Assembly: GCA_020429915.1 (NCBI GenBank)
Contig: JAGQKV010000016.1
Location: 69,137 to 133,136, forward strand
Length of the DNA stretch: 64,000 nt
DNA from: Candidatus Omnitrophota bacterium
GTDB lineage: Bacteria; Omnitrophota; Gorgyraeia; Zapsychrales; Zapsychraceae
Direction of reading: 5' to 3'
Part shown: in pieces, positions 28,601-36,531 of the stretch
Position numbering within the stretch: position 1 is the stretch's first letter
How the letters are laid out: every line of letters begins with the position of its first letter
Translations under genes and position numbers: made by a program
Notes under the pieces: model-generated
Told to the model about the DNA's origin: nothing
What the model saw: only the letters and a program-made list of their open reading frames with translations
Database searches by the model: none

Positions 28601-30974
28601 AGGGATCGGCAACGATTTCGCATCGCAAATGGCCTTCGCTCTGGGGGACGTCGAATATAATCGCCAACGGACCGACATTGCCGACACCGTCCGGGCCGTG
28701 GTCCGGCGTTTGTCCGAAGACCGGGGCTTCCGGGACAATTATGTCAGGATCGATGTGACACCCGCTGCGGAAGGGATGACCGTTAATGTCAATCCCGGCT
28801 GGCTGTCGCTGATTGTCAGCAATTTCGTCAACAATGCCCACGATGAGATTTACAAGCAAGTCGTTACCGGCGACCGTACCGATTTCGCGGACGGCGACAT
28901 CCGCATCACCCTGGATTATCTTCCCCGGACTGGTAGAGCGATATTGCGTGTGCACGACAAGGCGCGCGGTATCGATCCTGAGTCGCCGATACTCGAGAAG
29001 AAGTTCGGCCGGCCGAAGATCTACCGGCTGGGCGGTACGATCGGCAAATCTGCGGCGACCGGCAGCGGCACCGGTGTGGGCTTGGCTGAGGTGTATCACA
29101 TCGCCCGGATGATGGATTGGGAGCTGGCGCTGAATCCGCAAAAGAAATTCAACGGCGGTGATGCCATGGGAGCGGAATTTACGGTGACCATACCGGATGT
29201 GACGGCCAAGTCCGATAACGCGGTCTTGACCAATGTCCGGACCGTGGCCCGTCAATTTGAAATGGACGAAGGGGTGGTCCAAGGGATTATGGCTTCCAAT
29301 ATCCCTGTCGACAGACTGGTCCGCGAGTTGCTCAAGACAATTCGGCGGCGTAATGCCCTGACGCAACTTGATGAGCCGGCGATTCTCCGTCAATTAACGG
29401 AGAAGGGATTGGTCCGGGACGATCTACTGTCCAAAGATTTTCTCAATGGGAATTTGGTGCTGACCGAACCGGATGTGGTCGAGGGCCTTGAGGCCGACCG
29501 GTATGCCGTCTCCGATGCCGAATTGGATGACATCGTCACGGATACGCTGACCATGGAATCATTCGCGATGCAGGTCATCCGGATGCGGGCCGTGGCGCAG
29601 GACAAGGACCGGGTCGCTTCCATAACGGAAACGGACCTCGCGGACATCGGCGCACACCTGGAGGAATATTTATCTCAACTGAACGCACAGGAACGCGGGC
29701 AGGTCGACTTCCTCACCAATGACGAGGGCCTGAGCCGTACCGAGGCGGTGGCCTGGGTGTTGGGCGAGAAGATGATCGAAGAGCGCCGGCGGGTGGCGGT
29801 GCAGTCTATGCATCATAGTGCCAGCGCGGCGGTGGACCCGTTTGAAAAGCTTGGTTCGCTCGGCGGCCTGTTCGGTTTGGCGGCGACTCTGAGCGATTAC
29901 GGAGAAGCGGATAAGGAACGTTTCCGGGCCATGAGCAATACCATCGATCAATTCAAGGCGCGGTTGGGGGCCTTTGCCCGCGATGCCTCCGAACCGCAGT
30001 TTAATTATCAGCGCATCTATGCCCTGGAAAGCATCTGGCGCAAATTGCTGGGACCCTTAAGCGAATTCGTCGGACTATTCCGCGGACAAGCGGCACGGTT
30101 TGACACCGACAGTGTGACCAATAAGTTTATCGCCGATCAGACGGTGAGTTTGATTCAAGGGATCAACGCTGACTTGCAGGGGCAGATCGCCTTCGCCCAA
30201 GGCAATCTCACCTTCAACCGGGACCGGATCAATTTGGCCGCGACGATCAAATCCGCCGCGGAGGAGCTATCCCTTAAACGCGGTTATCCGAAGGACCTCA
30301 TTTCTATCGAAATATCCTCTGATGCGCAGACAGCGGAATTGGATATCAATCCCGTTTGGGTTTCTTTGATCGTTACCAATTTGATCAAGAATGCCTATGA
30401 CGAATTGAGCAAACAGGTGGCAACGGGGACCCGAGCCGGTCTTCGTTCCGGAGAAATCCGGGTGTCATTAAATTACTTTGAACGCGCCAATCAATTGGAG
30501 CTGGCCGTCCATGATGCCGCCGGCGGGATCGCCGCGGACTCTCCGCTGTTGGCGCAGCGACTCGGGCGGGAGCGTATCTTTGAGCTGGGCCAGACAGCCG
30601 GTAAGGAGCGCGGTACGGGTGTCGGGCTGGCCGAGGTCTACCATATTTCCCGGCTGATGAGATGGCCGCTGGAACTGACTCCCCGGGCCGTCATGCCCAA
30701 TTCCGACGCCTTCGGCGCGCGCTTCGTTTTGACCATTCCCTATAAACCGGGGGAGGCCGACAGCGCCGTCCTGGCCGACCGGCAAGACGAGGTCGGGGGG
30801 ATCGACATGAACCCGGCGCTGGCCGATATCCGTTTCACCGCGGCGGACGGTGCCGCGCCGGCGTCCCTTGTCCGGCTGCCGCCGGCGCTCGACATCGAGG
30901 TGGAGGGATTTGTGCCGGTGATCCTCAACGCGGTCCCCATCCGCAACATCCCCCTGCTGCTGGGTCTGGATTAG
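25602..30974 (+). CDS. Giant (1790-aa) multidomain protein: signal/TM anchor, ~450-aa unknown region, Rossmann class-I-MTase-like domain, then an internally duplicated ~520-aa module ending in a degenerate histidine-kinase-type GHKL ATPase (N, G1, G2 boxes)
   Basis: LLELGSGDTRVALAIA..DVIATDV and YILLVNPS (MTase-like). Two GHKL copies: IVSNFVNNAHDE..HDKARGID..GTGVGLAEVYHI and IVTNLIKNAYDE..HDAAGGIA..GTGVGLAEVYHI. Confidence 0.8.
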   Translation: MSIRLTRKSPTVRPLVAMLLIALLGGLITPPAVRAETVLDLPEPGSLVTLSAPYAPAQLMGINVDPHRPLAFDFIIDQGDDRLEGDHLQQEGARLVKYFLASLTVPEDEMWVNLSPYEENRIIPADFGRTQMGRDLLALDYMLKQLSSTLMHPDDRLGSDFWQRVYQKAQERFGTTDIPVNTFNKIWIVPEQATVYEHPGGAFIVDSHLKVMLEEDYLALQANQDSTKHGLGDMTVDKVEVISGVSGEIVRSVLLPEIEREVNSGRTFAKLRQIYHAMLLASWYKKRLKESFLGQIYVDKKRVEGIDIRDREINHKIYEQYVASFKKGVFNLIKEDTDPETHEVIPRKYFSGGVELNGDQATLSAVDTAGDAALREHVRSAARRLQAGLRMTVGLNEAGPQRSDRAMLSHDQAVVEGVAQRVAREETDESSEAFRQWYDEILGAFRLRFGMISGYLEGDDAHSLEAYLQFNRNDVINLFDARNLLKKTDDSGRPTLLELGSGDTRVALAIAQRNPGMDVIATDVWQTDPKDSLRQYVVDARAFEDGLLPAQTTPLSNLAAVRAQADLIGHLPDGSLDYILLVNPSRGAIYDLVVMAREFGLADKLRPGGQIIMKATNAVEPFFNLMNDSFHFLAVDDFEFLGVDLHAESAWQEDFLKGNVYVGSRLEDMLGELYQLDVPRQKIGDNAVLAMVADMATRYHMESNMVESIIANNLDVDIFVGGLITEIKRRNPASEMTPEAMQKYLRRRGYLIAGILDQQVVSEAFNMIEEPVNPEDDPWVYAIDGDAYQTILRGALNTGSMARQLARMRGVARKLWDLRTGVGMYMKSAGPHTRKYLDEMNAADRQRVAEIQQIYGVSESVAVARLLNQKDVDERQRVAIRSMEHTASAAVDPFGKLSVLATWFATAAMVGDFDTTVRAEFQGLHRDLQQLNLALRAFASQDPMQPDFRYTRIYDFEARWQSLERTIRDYMGLIREVAQRPTTQLEDSEHMVDRMSELIEGIGNDFASQMAFALGDVEYNRQRTDIADTVRAVVRRLSEDRGFRDNYVRIDVTPAAEGMTVNVNPGWLSLIVSNFVNNAHDEIYKQVVTGDRTDFADGDIRITLDYLPRTGRAILRVHDKARGIDPESPILEKKFGRPKIYRLGGTIGKSAATGSGTGVGLAEVYHIARMMDWELALNPQKKFNGGDAMGAEFTVTIPDVTAKSDNAVLTNVRTVARQFEMDEGVVQGIMASNIPVDRLVRELLKTIRRRNALTQLDEPAILRQLTEKGLVRDDLLSKDFLNGNLVLTEPDVVEGLEADRYAVSDAELDDIVTDTLTMESFAMQVIRMRAVAQDKDRVASITETDLADIGAHLEEYLSQLNAQERGQVDFLTNDEGLSRTEAVAWVLGEKMIEERRRVAVQSMHHSASAAVDPFEKLGSLGGLFGLAATLSDYGEADKERFRAMSNTIDQFKARLGAFARDASEPQFNYQRIYALESIWRKLLGPLSEFVGLFRGQAARFDTDSVTNKFIADQTVSLIQGINADLQGQIAFAQGNLTFNRDRINLAATIKSAAEELSLKRGYPKDLISIEISSDAQTAELDINPVWVSLIVTNLIKNAYDELSKQVATGTRAGLRSGEIRVSLNYFERANQLELAVHDAAGGIAADSPLLAQRLGRERIFELGQTAGKERGTGVGLAEVYHISRLMRWPLELTPRAVMPNSDAFGARFVLTIPYKPGEADSAVLADRQDEVGGIDMNPALADIRFTAADGAAPASLVRLPPALDIEVEGFVPVILNAVPIRNIPLLLGLD
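27690..30800 (+). repeat. Intragenic tandem duplication (2 x ~1555 nt) inside the giant ORF
   Basis: Paired segments: SIIANNLDVD../GIMASNIPVD.., RVAIRSMEHTASAAVDPFGKL/RVAVQSMHHSASAAVDPFEKL, and the two GHKL domains. The constant offset between paired segments is 1553-1560 nt. Confidence 0.7.
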
Positions 30975-31098
30975 CCCGGCCGCGTTCCCGCATTCTCCTC
31001 ATCACAATATCTTGATCTGTGCCAATCTGTGTTAGAATGAGTTTACTCGCGAATCAGTCTCAACGTCAACGCACCCCCCACCCGTAGGACGGATAGCC

Positions 31099-31986
31099 AT
31101 GACCAAGAAGACCTCATCGAAGAAGAAACCGGCCAAGAAGAAAAAATCCACCGTCAAGAAAGCCGCACGTCACGGTGTCGGTAAACAATCGGCGCGCCCT
31201 GCCCCCAAGCCCAAGCTGGGCAAGAAATATTACGAAGATGAACTGGAACGCTTGCAGGCCGAACTGGTAAAACTTCAGGAATGGATCAGGGACCGGGGGC
31301 TGCGGGTAATTGTTGTGTTTGAAGGGCGGGACGCCGCCGGCAAGGGCGGGGTGATTAAACGCATTCAGGAACGGACCAATCCGCGCGTGGTGCGCGTGGC
31401 CGCCCTGGGCACTCCCACCGAAAAAGAAAAGACGCAATGGTATTTTCAACGCTACGTGGAGCATCTGCCGGCCGGCGGGGAAATGGTCCTGTTCGACCGC
31501 AGCTGGTACAATCGCGCCGGGGTGGAGCGCGTGATGGGGTTTTGCACGGAGGAACAATATTGGGAGTTCCTGCGGTCCTGTCCCGAGTTTGAGGGGATGC
31601 TGCAGCGCGCCGGGATCATCCTGATCAAGTATTGGTTTTCCGTCAGCGACGAGGTGCAGGAGAAACGGTTTCAGGAGCGCATGACCGATCCGCGCAAATA
31701 CTGGAAGCTGAGCCCCATGGATCTGAAGTCGCGCGAGAAATGGTTCGAATACTCCAAAGCCAAGGACGTGATGTTCCAGTACACCGATACCAAGGATTCC
31801 CCGTGGTACGTGGTCAATGCCGACGACAAGCGCCGGGCGCGGCTGAATTGCATTACGCATCTGTTGTCGATGATCGAATATGAGGACCTCTCGCCGAAAC
31901 CGCGCAAACTGCCGCCGCGGCCGAAGAAATCCAAGTACGTCCGTCCGCCGCTGCATGAGCAGAATTTTATTGCGGAGGTGTATTGA
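31099..31986 (+). CDS. ppk2: Polyphosphate kinase 2 (PPK2) with a ~40-aa lysine-rich N-terminal tail
   Basis: FEGRDAAGKGG (Walker A), WYFQRY, FDRSWYNRAGVERV. The N-terminus is MTKKTSSKKKPAKKKKSTVKKAARHG. Confidence 0.85.
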   Translation: MTKKTSSKKKPAKKKKSTVKKAARHGVGKQSARPAPKPKLGKKYYEDELERLQAELVKLQEWIRDRGLRVIVVFEGRDAAGKGGVIKRIQERTNPRVVRVAALGTPTEKEKTQWYFQRYVEHLPAGGEMVLFDRSWYNRAGVERVMGFCTEEQYWEFLRSCPEFEGMLQRAGIILIKYWFSVSDEVQEKRFQERMTDPRKYWKLSPMDLKSREKWFEYSKAKDVMFQYTDTKDSPWYVVNADDKRRARLNCITHLLSMIEYEDLSPKPRKLPPRPKKSKYVRPPLHEQNFIAEVY

Positions 31987-32024
31987 TCAGTGGTAAGGGA
32001 TAAGTGATAGGGGATAAGAGATCG
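31987..32024 (+). repeat. Tandem octamer array TCAGTGGTAAGGGATAAGTGATAGGGGATAAGAGATCG directly 3' of the ppk2 stop
   Basis: Read directly. It shares the GATAAGAGAT(C/T) end with the 42726 copy. Confidence 0.45.
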
Positions 32025-32055
32025 ACCCGTTGGGTCCGGTCTCAAGGAGGGAACG

Positions 32056-32520
32056 GTGATTAACATTCGAAAGATTTTGACGCCGATCGATATCGATCCG
32101 GATCCGAAAAACGAGTTACATATCGATATGCCCAATGTGGCGGCGCTGAAATACGGCTGTGAGTTTGCCGGTCGTTTCGGGGCGGAGCTGCATATCCTCC
32201 ACGTTGTCGAGGACATCACCGAGCTGGAAGATTGCACGCATGAAGCCGAGCGCGAGGAGGCAGGGGTCCTGCACAAGCTGAAAATCGTACCGCCCGCCGG
32301 CGGGGGCAAGGTGGTCCGGGCAATCCGCAAAGGTCGGCCGTTTGTCGAGATCATTGCCTACGCGCGCGAGCAGGCCGTCGATCTGATCATTATGGGGACC
32401 CACGGCCGGACGTCCCTGCCGCATTTACTGATCGGCAGCGAAACTGAAAATACCGTCCGCAAGGCCCCGTGCCCGGTGCTGGTTGTCCGCCATCCCGAGC
32501 ATGAATTCGTGTTGCCGTGA
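32056..32520 (+). CDS. Universal stress protein (UspA family)
   Basis: LHILHVVED, IIMGTHGRTSLPHLLIGSETENTVRKAPCPVLVV. GTG start after the RBS aaggaggg. Confidence 0.8.
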   Translation: MINIRKILTPIDIDPDPKNELHIDMPNVAALKYGCEFAGRFGAELHILHVVEDITELEDCTHEAEREEAGVLHKLKIVPPAGGGKVVRAIRKGRPFVEIIAYAREQAVDLIIMGTHGRTSLPHLLIGSETENTVRKAPCPVLVVRHPEHEFVLP

Positions 32521-32562
32521 AGTCCGGCGAGATAATCGAAACCCGATCATCAAAGGGATAAA

Positions 32563-33144
32563 ATGATACGTATATTCGGAAGCCTGTTATGCTGGTTCAT
32601 GCCCGACAAAATTATGGAGGAAGTGGTCTCCGATGACCGGCTGCCTGTGGATATGGGTTCCAACTTCATCGCCACAGCGCTGGTAAGTTTTGGTGGCTGG
32701 CGTCTGGTCGCTACGCTCAAAGGGCTGCCTCAAGGCGATGGGAACCTGATCGGCGAGCTACTCATTGGGCCGTTGGGACCATTCATCGCCAATATGGTAA
32801 TCGTCGCGATTTTTACCTGGGCGATGGGGCAGGCTCTAAGCAGCAATAACGTCAGGGCGGGCGGCAAACCGGTGCAGCCGGAATTCGGAGAACTCTTCCC
32901 GGCGCACCTGCACGCATGGGCCGTGATGATGATGCTGATTTTTCTGGGCGCGGTCACCCGCCTGCCTCTGTTGCTGGTGTTAATGGCGGTGGCGGTCGTC
33001 CGGACGGCGGATATCGAGGCCCGCCTGATGCGCAACCTGTATGCGATTTCATTACAAGAGGCCTATAAGATCGTCCTGTTTGTCTTCGGCGTTATGACCG
33101 TGGGAATCGCCGTCGCCGCCGTCTTTATTAAAATCACCGGATAG
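32563..33144 (+). CDS. Hypothetical polytopic membrane protein
   Basis: 193 aa with about 5 hydrophobic segments. Confidence 0.4.
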   Translation: MIRIFGSLLCWFMPDKIMEEVVSDDRLPVDMGSNFIATALVSFGGWRLVATLKGLPQGDGNLIGELLIGPLGPFIANMVIVAIFTWAMGQALSSNNVRAGGKPVQPEFGELFPAHLHAWAVMMMLIFLGAVTRLPLLLVLMAVAVVRTADIEARLMRNLYAISLQEAYKIVLFVFGVMTVGIAVAAVFIKITG

Positions 33145-33175
33145 TTAAACCCCGGAACTGTCCCCCGAAAAGGCA

Positions 33176-33640
33176 ATGTGTATGCATCAAATCCGTTTGG
33201 TATCATTCGGCAGGATTCTGGCCGGTCTGGTTTGTCTCGTGATGATTGTGGCGGCCGGATGCTCGGGGCAGCCTGCGGTGGAAGACCTGTCCGTTCATTA
33301 CGAGCATGTCCCGTGCGAGGATCCGCTCGAATTGTACGGTTGCAAACCCACGATGATCCACGCGATCGATCAGCGCGACCTCGAGTGGGTGAAACGTTTG
33401 GTGGAAGAGGAGGGGGTGGACGTCAACATCGGCTACCCGTATTATTACGGCGTTACCGCACTGATGGCGGCGGTCCAACGGAACTATGAAGAGGCGGCGC
33501 TGTACCTTATCGAACAAGGCGCGGACGTGAATGAGGTGATCCCGCTCGATCCCCTCACGGAAGCGGAGCAGAACGGAATGACGCGCACGGCCGAAGCCAT
33601 CCGGCAGCGGCGCGGCAGTTGGCCGGAAGACTCCCGGTAA
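33176..33640 (+). CDS. Ankyrin-repeat lipoprotein
   Basis: Lipobox VAAGCSG. Two ANK repeats (TMIHAIDQRDLEWVKRLVEEEGVDVN; TALMAAVQRNYEEAALYLIEQGADVNE). Confidence 0.55.
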   Translation: MCMHQIRLVSFGRILAGLVCLVMIVAAGCSGQPAVEDLSVHYEHVPCEDPLELYGCKPTMIHAIDQRDLEWVKRLVEEEGVDVNIGYPYYYGVTALMAAVQRNYEEAALYLIEQGADVNEVIPLDPLTEAEQNGMTRTAEAIRQRRGSWPEDSR

Positions 33641-33657
33641 TGAGTAAAGGCTAGCCG

Positions 33658-34086
33658 TCAGCTGGCCGCGTCGGCAAAGGTCCAGTCGGTGTAGCATTCC
33701 CGCATGTGCGAATCGATGCGGCAGATATGGTGGACCGTCCAGTTGCGCAGCATGGTGTGTAGTTCCACCGCCAAGTCCATACTACCGTCCCCGGAGCGGA
33801 AGCGGTCGGTGAAATTTTCGTAGGCCCGAATGAATTTGTTGTGAGCGTCACAGTTCTTTTGCGCGAACGGGCAGTGGTTGGCCGCCATGCAATTTTCTTC
33901 CTGGCCGAAGTGATTCTTGATGTAGTCGTTCAGAAATGCGAGATAAGCCTCGATTTCTTCCTGCGCCTGTTCCGTCTCGATATTGTCTCCCAACTCATTG
34001 ATAAATTCGAAAAGCTTTTTGTGCTGCTGGTCGATGGTGTCAAAACCTGTGGCGTATGCCTCTTCATCCCATAGCAGTTTGTCCAT
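33658..34086 (-). CDS. Hemerythrin-like (bacteriohemerythrin) protein
   Basis: WDEEAYATGFDTIDQQHKKLFEFINEL and downstream H/E ligand positions. Confidence 0.7.
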   Translation of the reverse strand: MDKLLWDEEAYATGFDTIDQQHKKLFEFINELGDNIETEQAQEEIEAYLAFLNDYIKNHFGQEENCMAANHCPFAQKNCDAHNKFIRAYENFTDRFRSGDGSMDLAVELHTMLRNWTVHHICRIDSHMRECYTDWTFADAAS

Positions 34087-34239
34087 GACGGCCTCCTTTC
34101 GTTATCTTTTGAACGATTTATCCTAGCATACAAAACGGGTTTTGTGTCAAAAAAATAGCACCTGTGGGTGTGATTAGCGGTGGGGGATCCCGGCGCGCCG
34201 CGGCCGGTCCGGTGGATTTTCCGGAGAAACATTATTTCT

Positions 34240-34270
34240 TTGACAAACCGGATGAATTAAGCCATACTAT
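34240..34270 (+). promoter_or_regulatory. Candidate sigma70-type promoter for cspA (TTGACA-N17-CATACT) followed by a ~200-nt 5' UTR
   Basis: Read directly. Long structured leaders are typical of cold-shock genes. Confidence 0.3.
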
Positions 34271-34470
34271 TGCCAACGTGAAGTAATACCGAAGAAAGAG
34301 ATCGTAAGCCGCTGGAATGTGGTTCAATTTCTGCGGCTTTCTTTATGGGGTCCTCCTCAAGGGAACTTGTAAAGTCGAACACCCCCAACAAGCGAACATT
34401 GTGAGCGAGTTGAAAGGGCGTCAATCTTTCAGAACGGTCTCACAATCTTGTTGGAAAGGAGGAAACAAAC

Positions 34471-34671
34471 ATGCCCCAAGGAACAGTAAAATGGTTCAGC
34501 GACCAAAAGGGATACGGATTCATCTCATATGAAGGCGGCGATGACGTTTTCGTTCATCACTCCGCTATTCAAATGGACGGATTCAAGACCCTTTCTGAAG
34601 GTCAAGCGGTCGAATTCGAGATCGAAGAAGGCCCGAAAGGCGCTCAAGCCGCCAACGTGACCGTCAGCTAA
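34471..34671 (+). CDS. cspA: Cold-shock protein (CspA family)
   Basis: [30 protein letters not shown] (RNP1/RNP2 motifs). 66 aa. Confidence 0.9.
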   Translation: MPQGTVKWFSDQKGYGFISYEGGDDVFVHHSAIQMDGFKTLSEGQAVEFEIEEGPKGAQAANVTVS

Positions 34672-34697
34672 ATTTCGCTCGACGTAAGAAAATGACG

Positions 34698-34740
34698 GTT
34701 ACCCCTTAGTGGGTAACCGTCATTTTTTTTGTCCCGGGCC
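34698..34740 (+). terminator. Rho-independent terminator: 14-bp perfect stem (aatgacggttaccc/gggtaaccgtcatt), 6-nt loop, T8 tract
   Basis: Read directly downstream of cspA. Confidence 0.85.
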
Positions 34741-34777
34741 CGGCCCTCCCGCCTTATGAGTACCACCATCAATCGCC

Positions 34778-35761
34778 ATGAAACACATTACACCTGAAAA
34801 GACGACGCATCACGCCGAGCTCCTCGGTAACCGCGTCCGCAAACAATACCGTCATCTGCGCAAGCGCTTCAAGCGCGCCGGCATCGATTGCTTCCGCCTT
34901 TACGACTGGGATATCCCCGAGGTGCGGGCGGTGGTCGACTGGTGTGCGGGTCACGCGGTTATCGCCGAATACGTGCGCAAACAGACCGGGCCGGAGTGGC
35001 TGCCGGCCATGGCCGAGGCAGTGCGCGCGGCGCTGGACCTGCCCGCAGATCATGTCCACGTCAAACAGCGTCGCACCAAGACGGAGGATGAACTGCGCTA
35101 CACGCGGCTGGCCGAAGACAACAAACGCTTCACGGTCAGCGAACGCGACCTCAAATTTTGGGTCAACCTCGATGATTTTCTCGACACCGGGCTTTATTCC
35201 GATCACCGCGACACCCGGGTGCTGGTCCGCGACTTGGCGGCCGGGCAAGACTTTCTGAATCTGTTTGCCTACACGGGCGCGTTTTCCTGCGCAGCCGCAG
35301 CCGGAGAGGCGGCTTCGACCGGAACCGTGGACCGTTCGCAGACCAACCTCGACTGGGCGCGCGACAACATGCAGCTCAACGGATTTGCGGGCGACGCGCA
35401 CCGCTTTGAACAGGCCGACGTCGACACCTTTCTCAGCCGGGCCGCCAAGCGGGGGGAGAGCTGGTCGCTCGTCTTCTGTGATCCGCCGTCCTTCTTCAAA
35501 GACGTCAAGGCGGGCAAGGCTTTCGATATCAACCGTGATCATATTCGTCTGCTGCGCCAGGTTCTGAAAGTAACTCGCCCGGGAGGCACGGTTTTCTTTT
35601 CCACCAATCATCAACGCTTTGAACCCCGGCTGACGGAACTGTCCGTGGACGGTCTGCGGGAACTCACGCCCAAGACCATACCCGAGGACTATCGCAACCG
35701 GCGTATCCACCGCTGTTGGCGGATGACGGCGCGGGGATCCGGCCGGCCGAACCGCGGTTGA
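34778..35761 (+). CDS. Class I SAM-dependent RNA methyltransferase (RlmI/RlmK C-terminal-domain-like, COG1092)
   Basis: LNLFAYTGAFSCAAAA (motif I) and VFCDPPSF (motif IV DPPxF). Confidence 0.65.
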   Translation: MKHITPEKTTHHAELLGNRVRKQYRHLRKRFKRAGIDCFRLYDWDIPEVRAVVDWCAGHAVIAEYVRKQTGPEWLPAMAEAVRAALDLPADHVHVKQRRTKTEDELRYTRLAEDNKRFTVSERDLKFWVNLDDFLDTGLYSDHRDTRVLVRDLAAGQDFLNLFAYTGAFSCAAAAGEAASTGTVDRSQTNLDWARDNMQLNGFAGDAHRFEQADVDTFLSRAAKRGESWSLVFCDPPSFFKDVKAGKAFDINRDHIRLLRQVLKVTRPGGTVFFSTNHQRFEPRLTELSVDGLRELTPKTIPEDYRNRRIHRCWRMTARGSGRPNRG

Positions 35762-35906
35762 AAGCCCGAAAATTAACTGTACAAATTTCTTTCCGGGGCC
35801 GTCTTAGGCCTCTTTCGAAAAAATAATATTTTGTCAATTTGGTGTTTTAAACGTCTGTAGATGCCGTTCTGGGGTGGGTTCCCGAAAAACGGGAAAATAA
35901 TTTGTT

Positions 35907-35935
35907 GACATAACGCCCGGAATGTAATATTCAAA
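35907..35935 (+). promoter_or_regulatory. Candidate sigma70 promoter TTGACA-N17-TATTCA in an AT-rich region upstream of the biosynthetic operon
   Basis: Read directly. Confidence 0.3.
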
Positions 35936-35993
35936 ACATATACAAACAATCGCGAAACGCCGTACGGACACCCGGTGTATATAGGATGGGCAA

Positions 35994-36024
35994 AGGAATC
36001 TGGAAGACGGATTCCTTATTTTTA
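35994..36024 (+). promoter_or_regulatory. Short hairpin plus U-run (aggaatc-tggaagacg-gattcct-tattttta) inside the ~170-nt leader: possible attenuator or riboswitch expression platform
   Basis: Read directly. Weak stem. Confidence 0.25.
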
Positions 36025-36107
36025 TGGGTACAGATTAACAGTAATGACCAGGCAGGAGGCCCGTCCTTACAGACACCAACCCCTGTCGTACAAGCATCGG
36101 GAGAAAA

Positions 36108-36530
36108 ATGAAAACAAATACTCAGGGATCAAGAATGGGTGTTGCCTGCGCAGCCGGACCAGCCAAGGCCGTAAAGGATCAGGTGTGGGGCATCGCCAGC
36201 AGTTTTGACATTTATGACTGCGATCCGGCGACCATCCGGGACGCCGACCGTATCCGCGACTTTGTGGCGCAACTGTGCGAGCTGATCGAAATGAAGCGCT
36301 TCGGCGAAACCCAAGTGGTCCACTTCGGCGAAGACGAGAAGGTGGCCGGTTTTTCCATGGTCCAGCTGATCGAAACGTCGCTCATCTCGGCGCACTTCGC
36401 GAATCTCACCAACACCGTCTACCTCGACGTCTTCAGCTGCAAACCTTACGACATCCAGATTGTGGAACGTTTTGCCGTTGATTTCTTCCAGGGTTCGCAT
36501 TGCATCATACACACGTCCTACCGCTATTGA
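36108..36530 (+). CDS. Pyruvoyl-dependent S-adenosylmethionine decarboxylase family protein (SpeH/class 1b-like)
   Basis: GIASSFDIYDCD, VQLIETSLISAHFANLTNTVYLDVFSCKPYD (ES self-cleavage site plus the DVFTC-like motif). Confidence 0.6.
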   Translation: MKTNTQGSRMGVACAAGPAKAVKDQVWGIASSFDIYDCDPATIRDADRIRDFVAQLCELIEMKRFGETQVVHFGEDEKVAGFSMVQLIETSLISAHFANLTNTVYLDVFSCKPYDIQIVERFAVDFFQGSHCIIHTSYRY

Positions 36531-36531
36531 G

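Noticed and set aside
27033-29393. 786-aa minus-strand ORF
   Set aside because: It is antisense to the giant + strand gene, whose domains (GHKL, MTase motifs) are recognisable. Long antisense ORFs are expected at 60% GC, and its translation is Arg/Gly/Pro-rich junk.
34769-35710. 313-aa minus-strand ORF overlapping the RlmI-like gene
   Set aside because: The + frame carries the DPPxF and motif-I MTase signatures and follows the csp terminator. The minus frame has no features.
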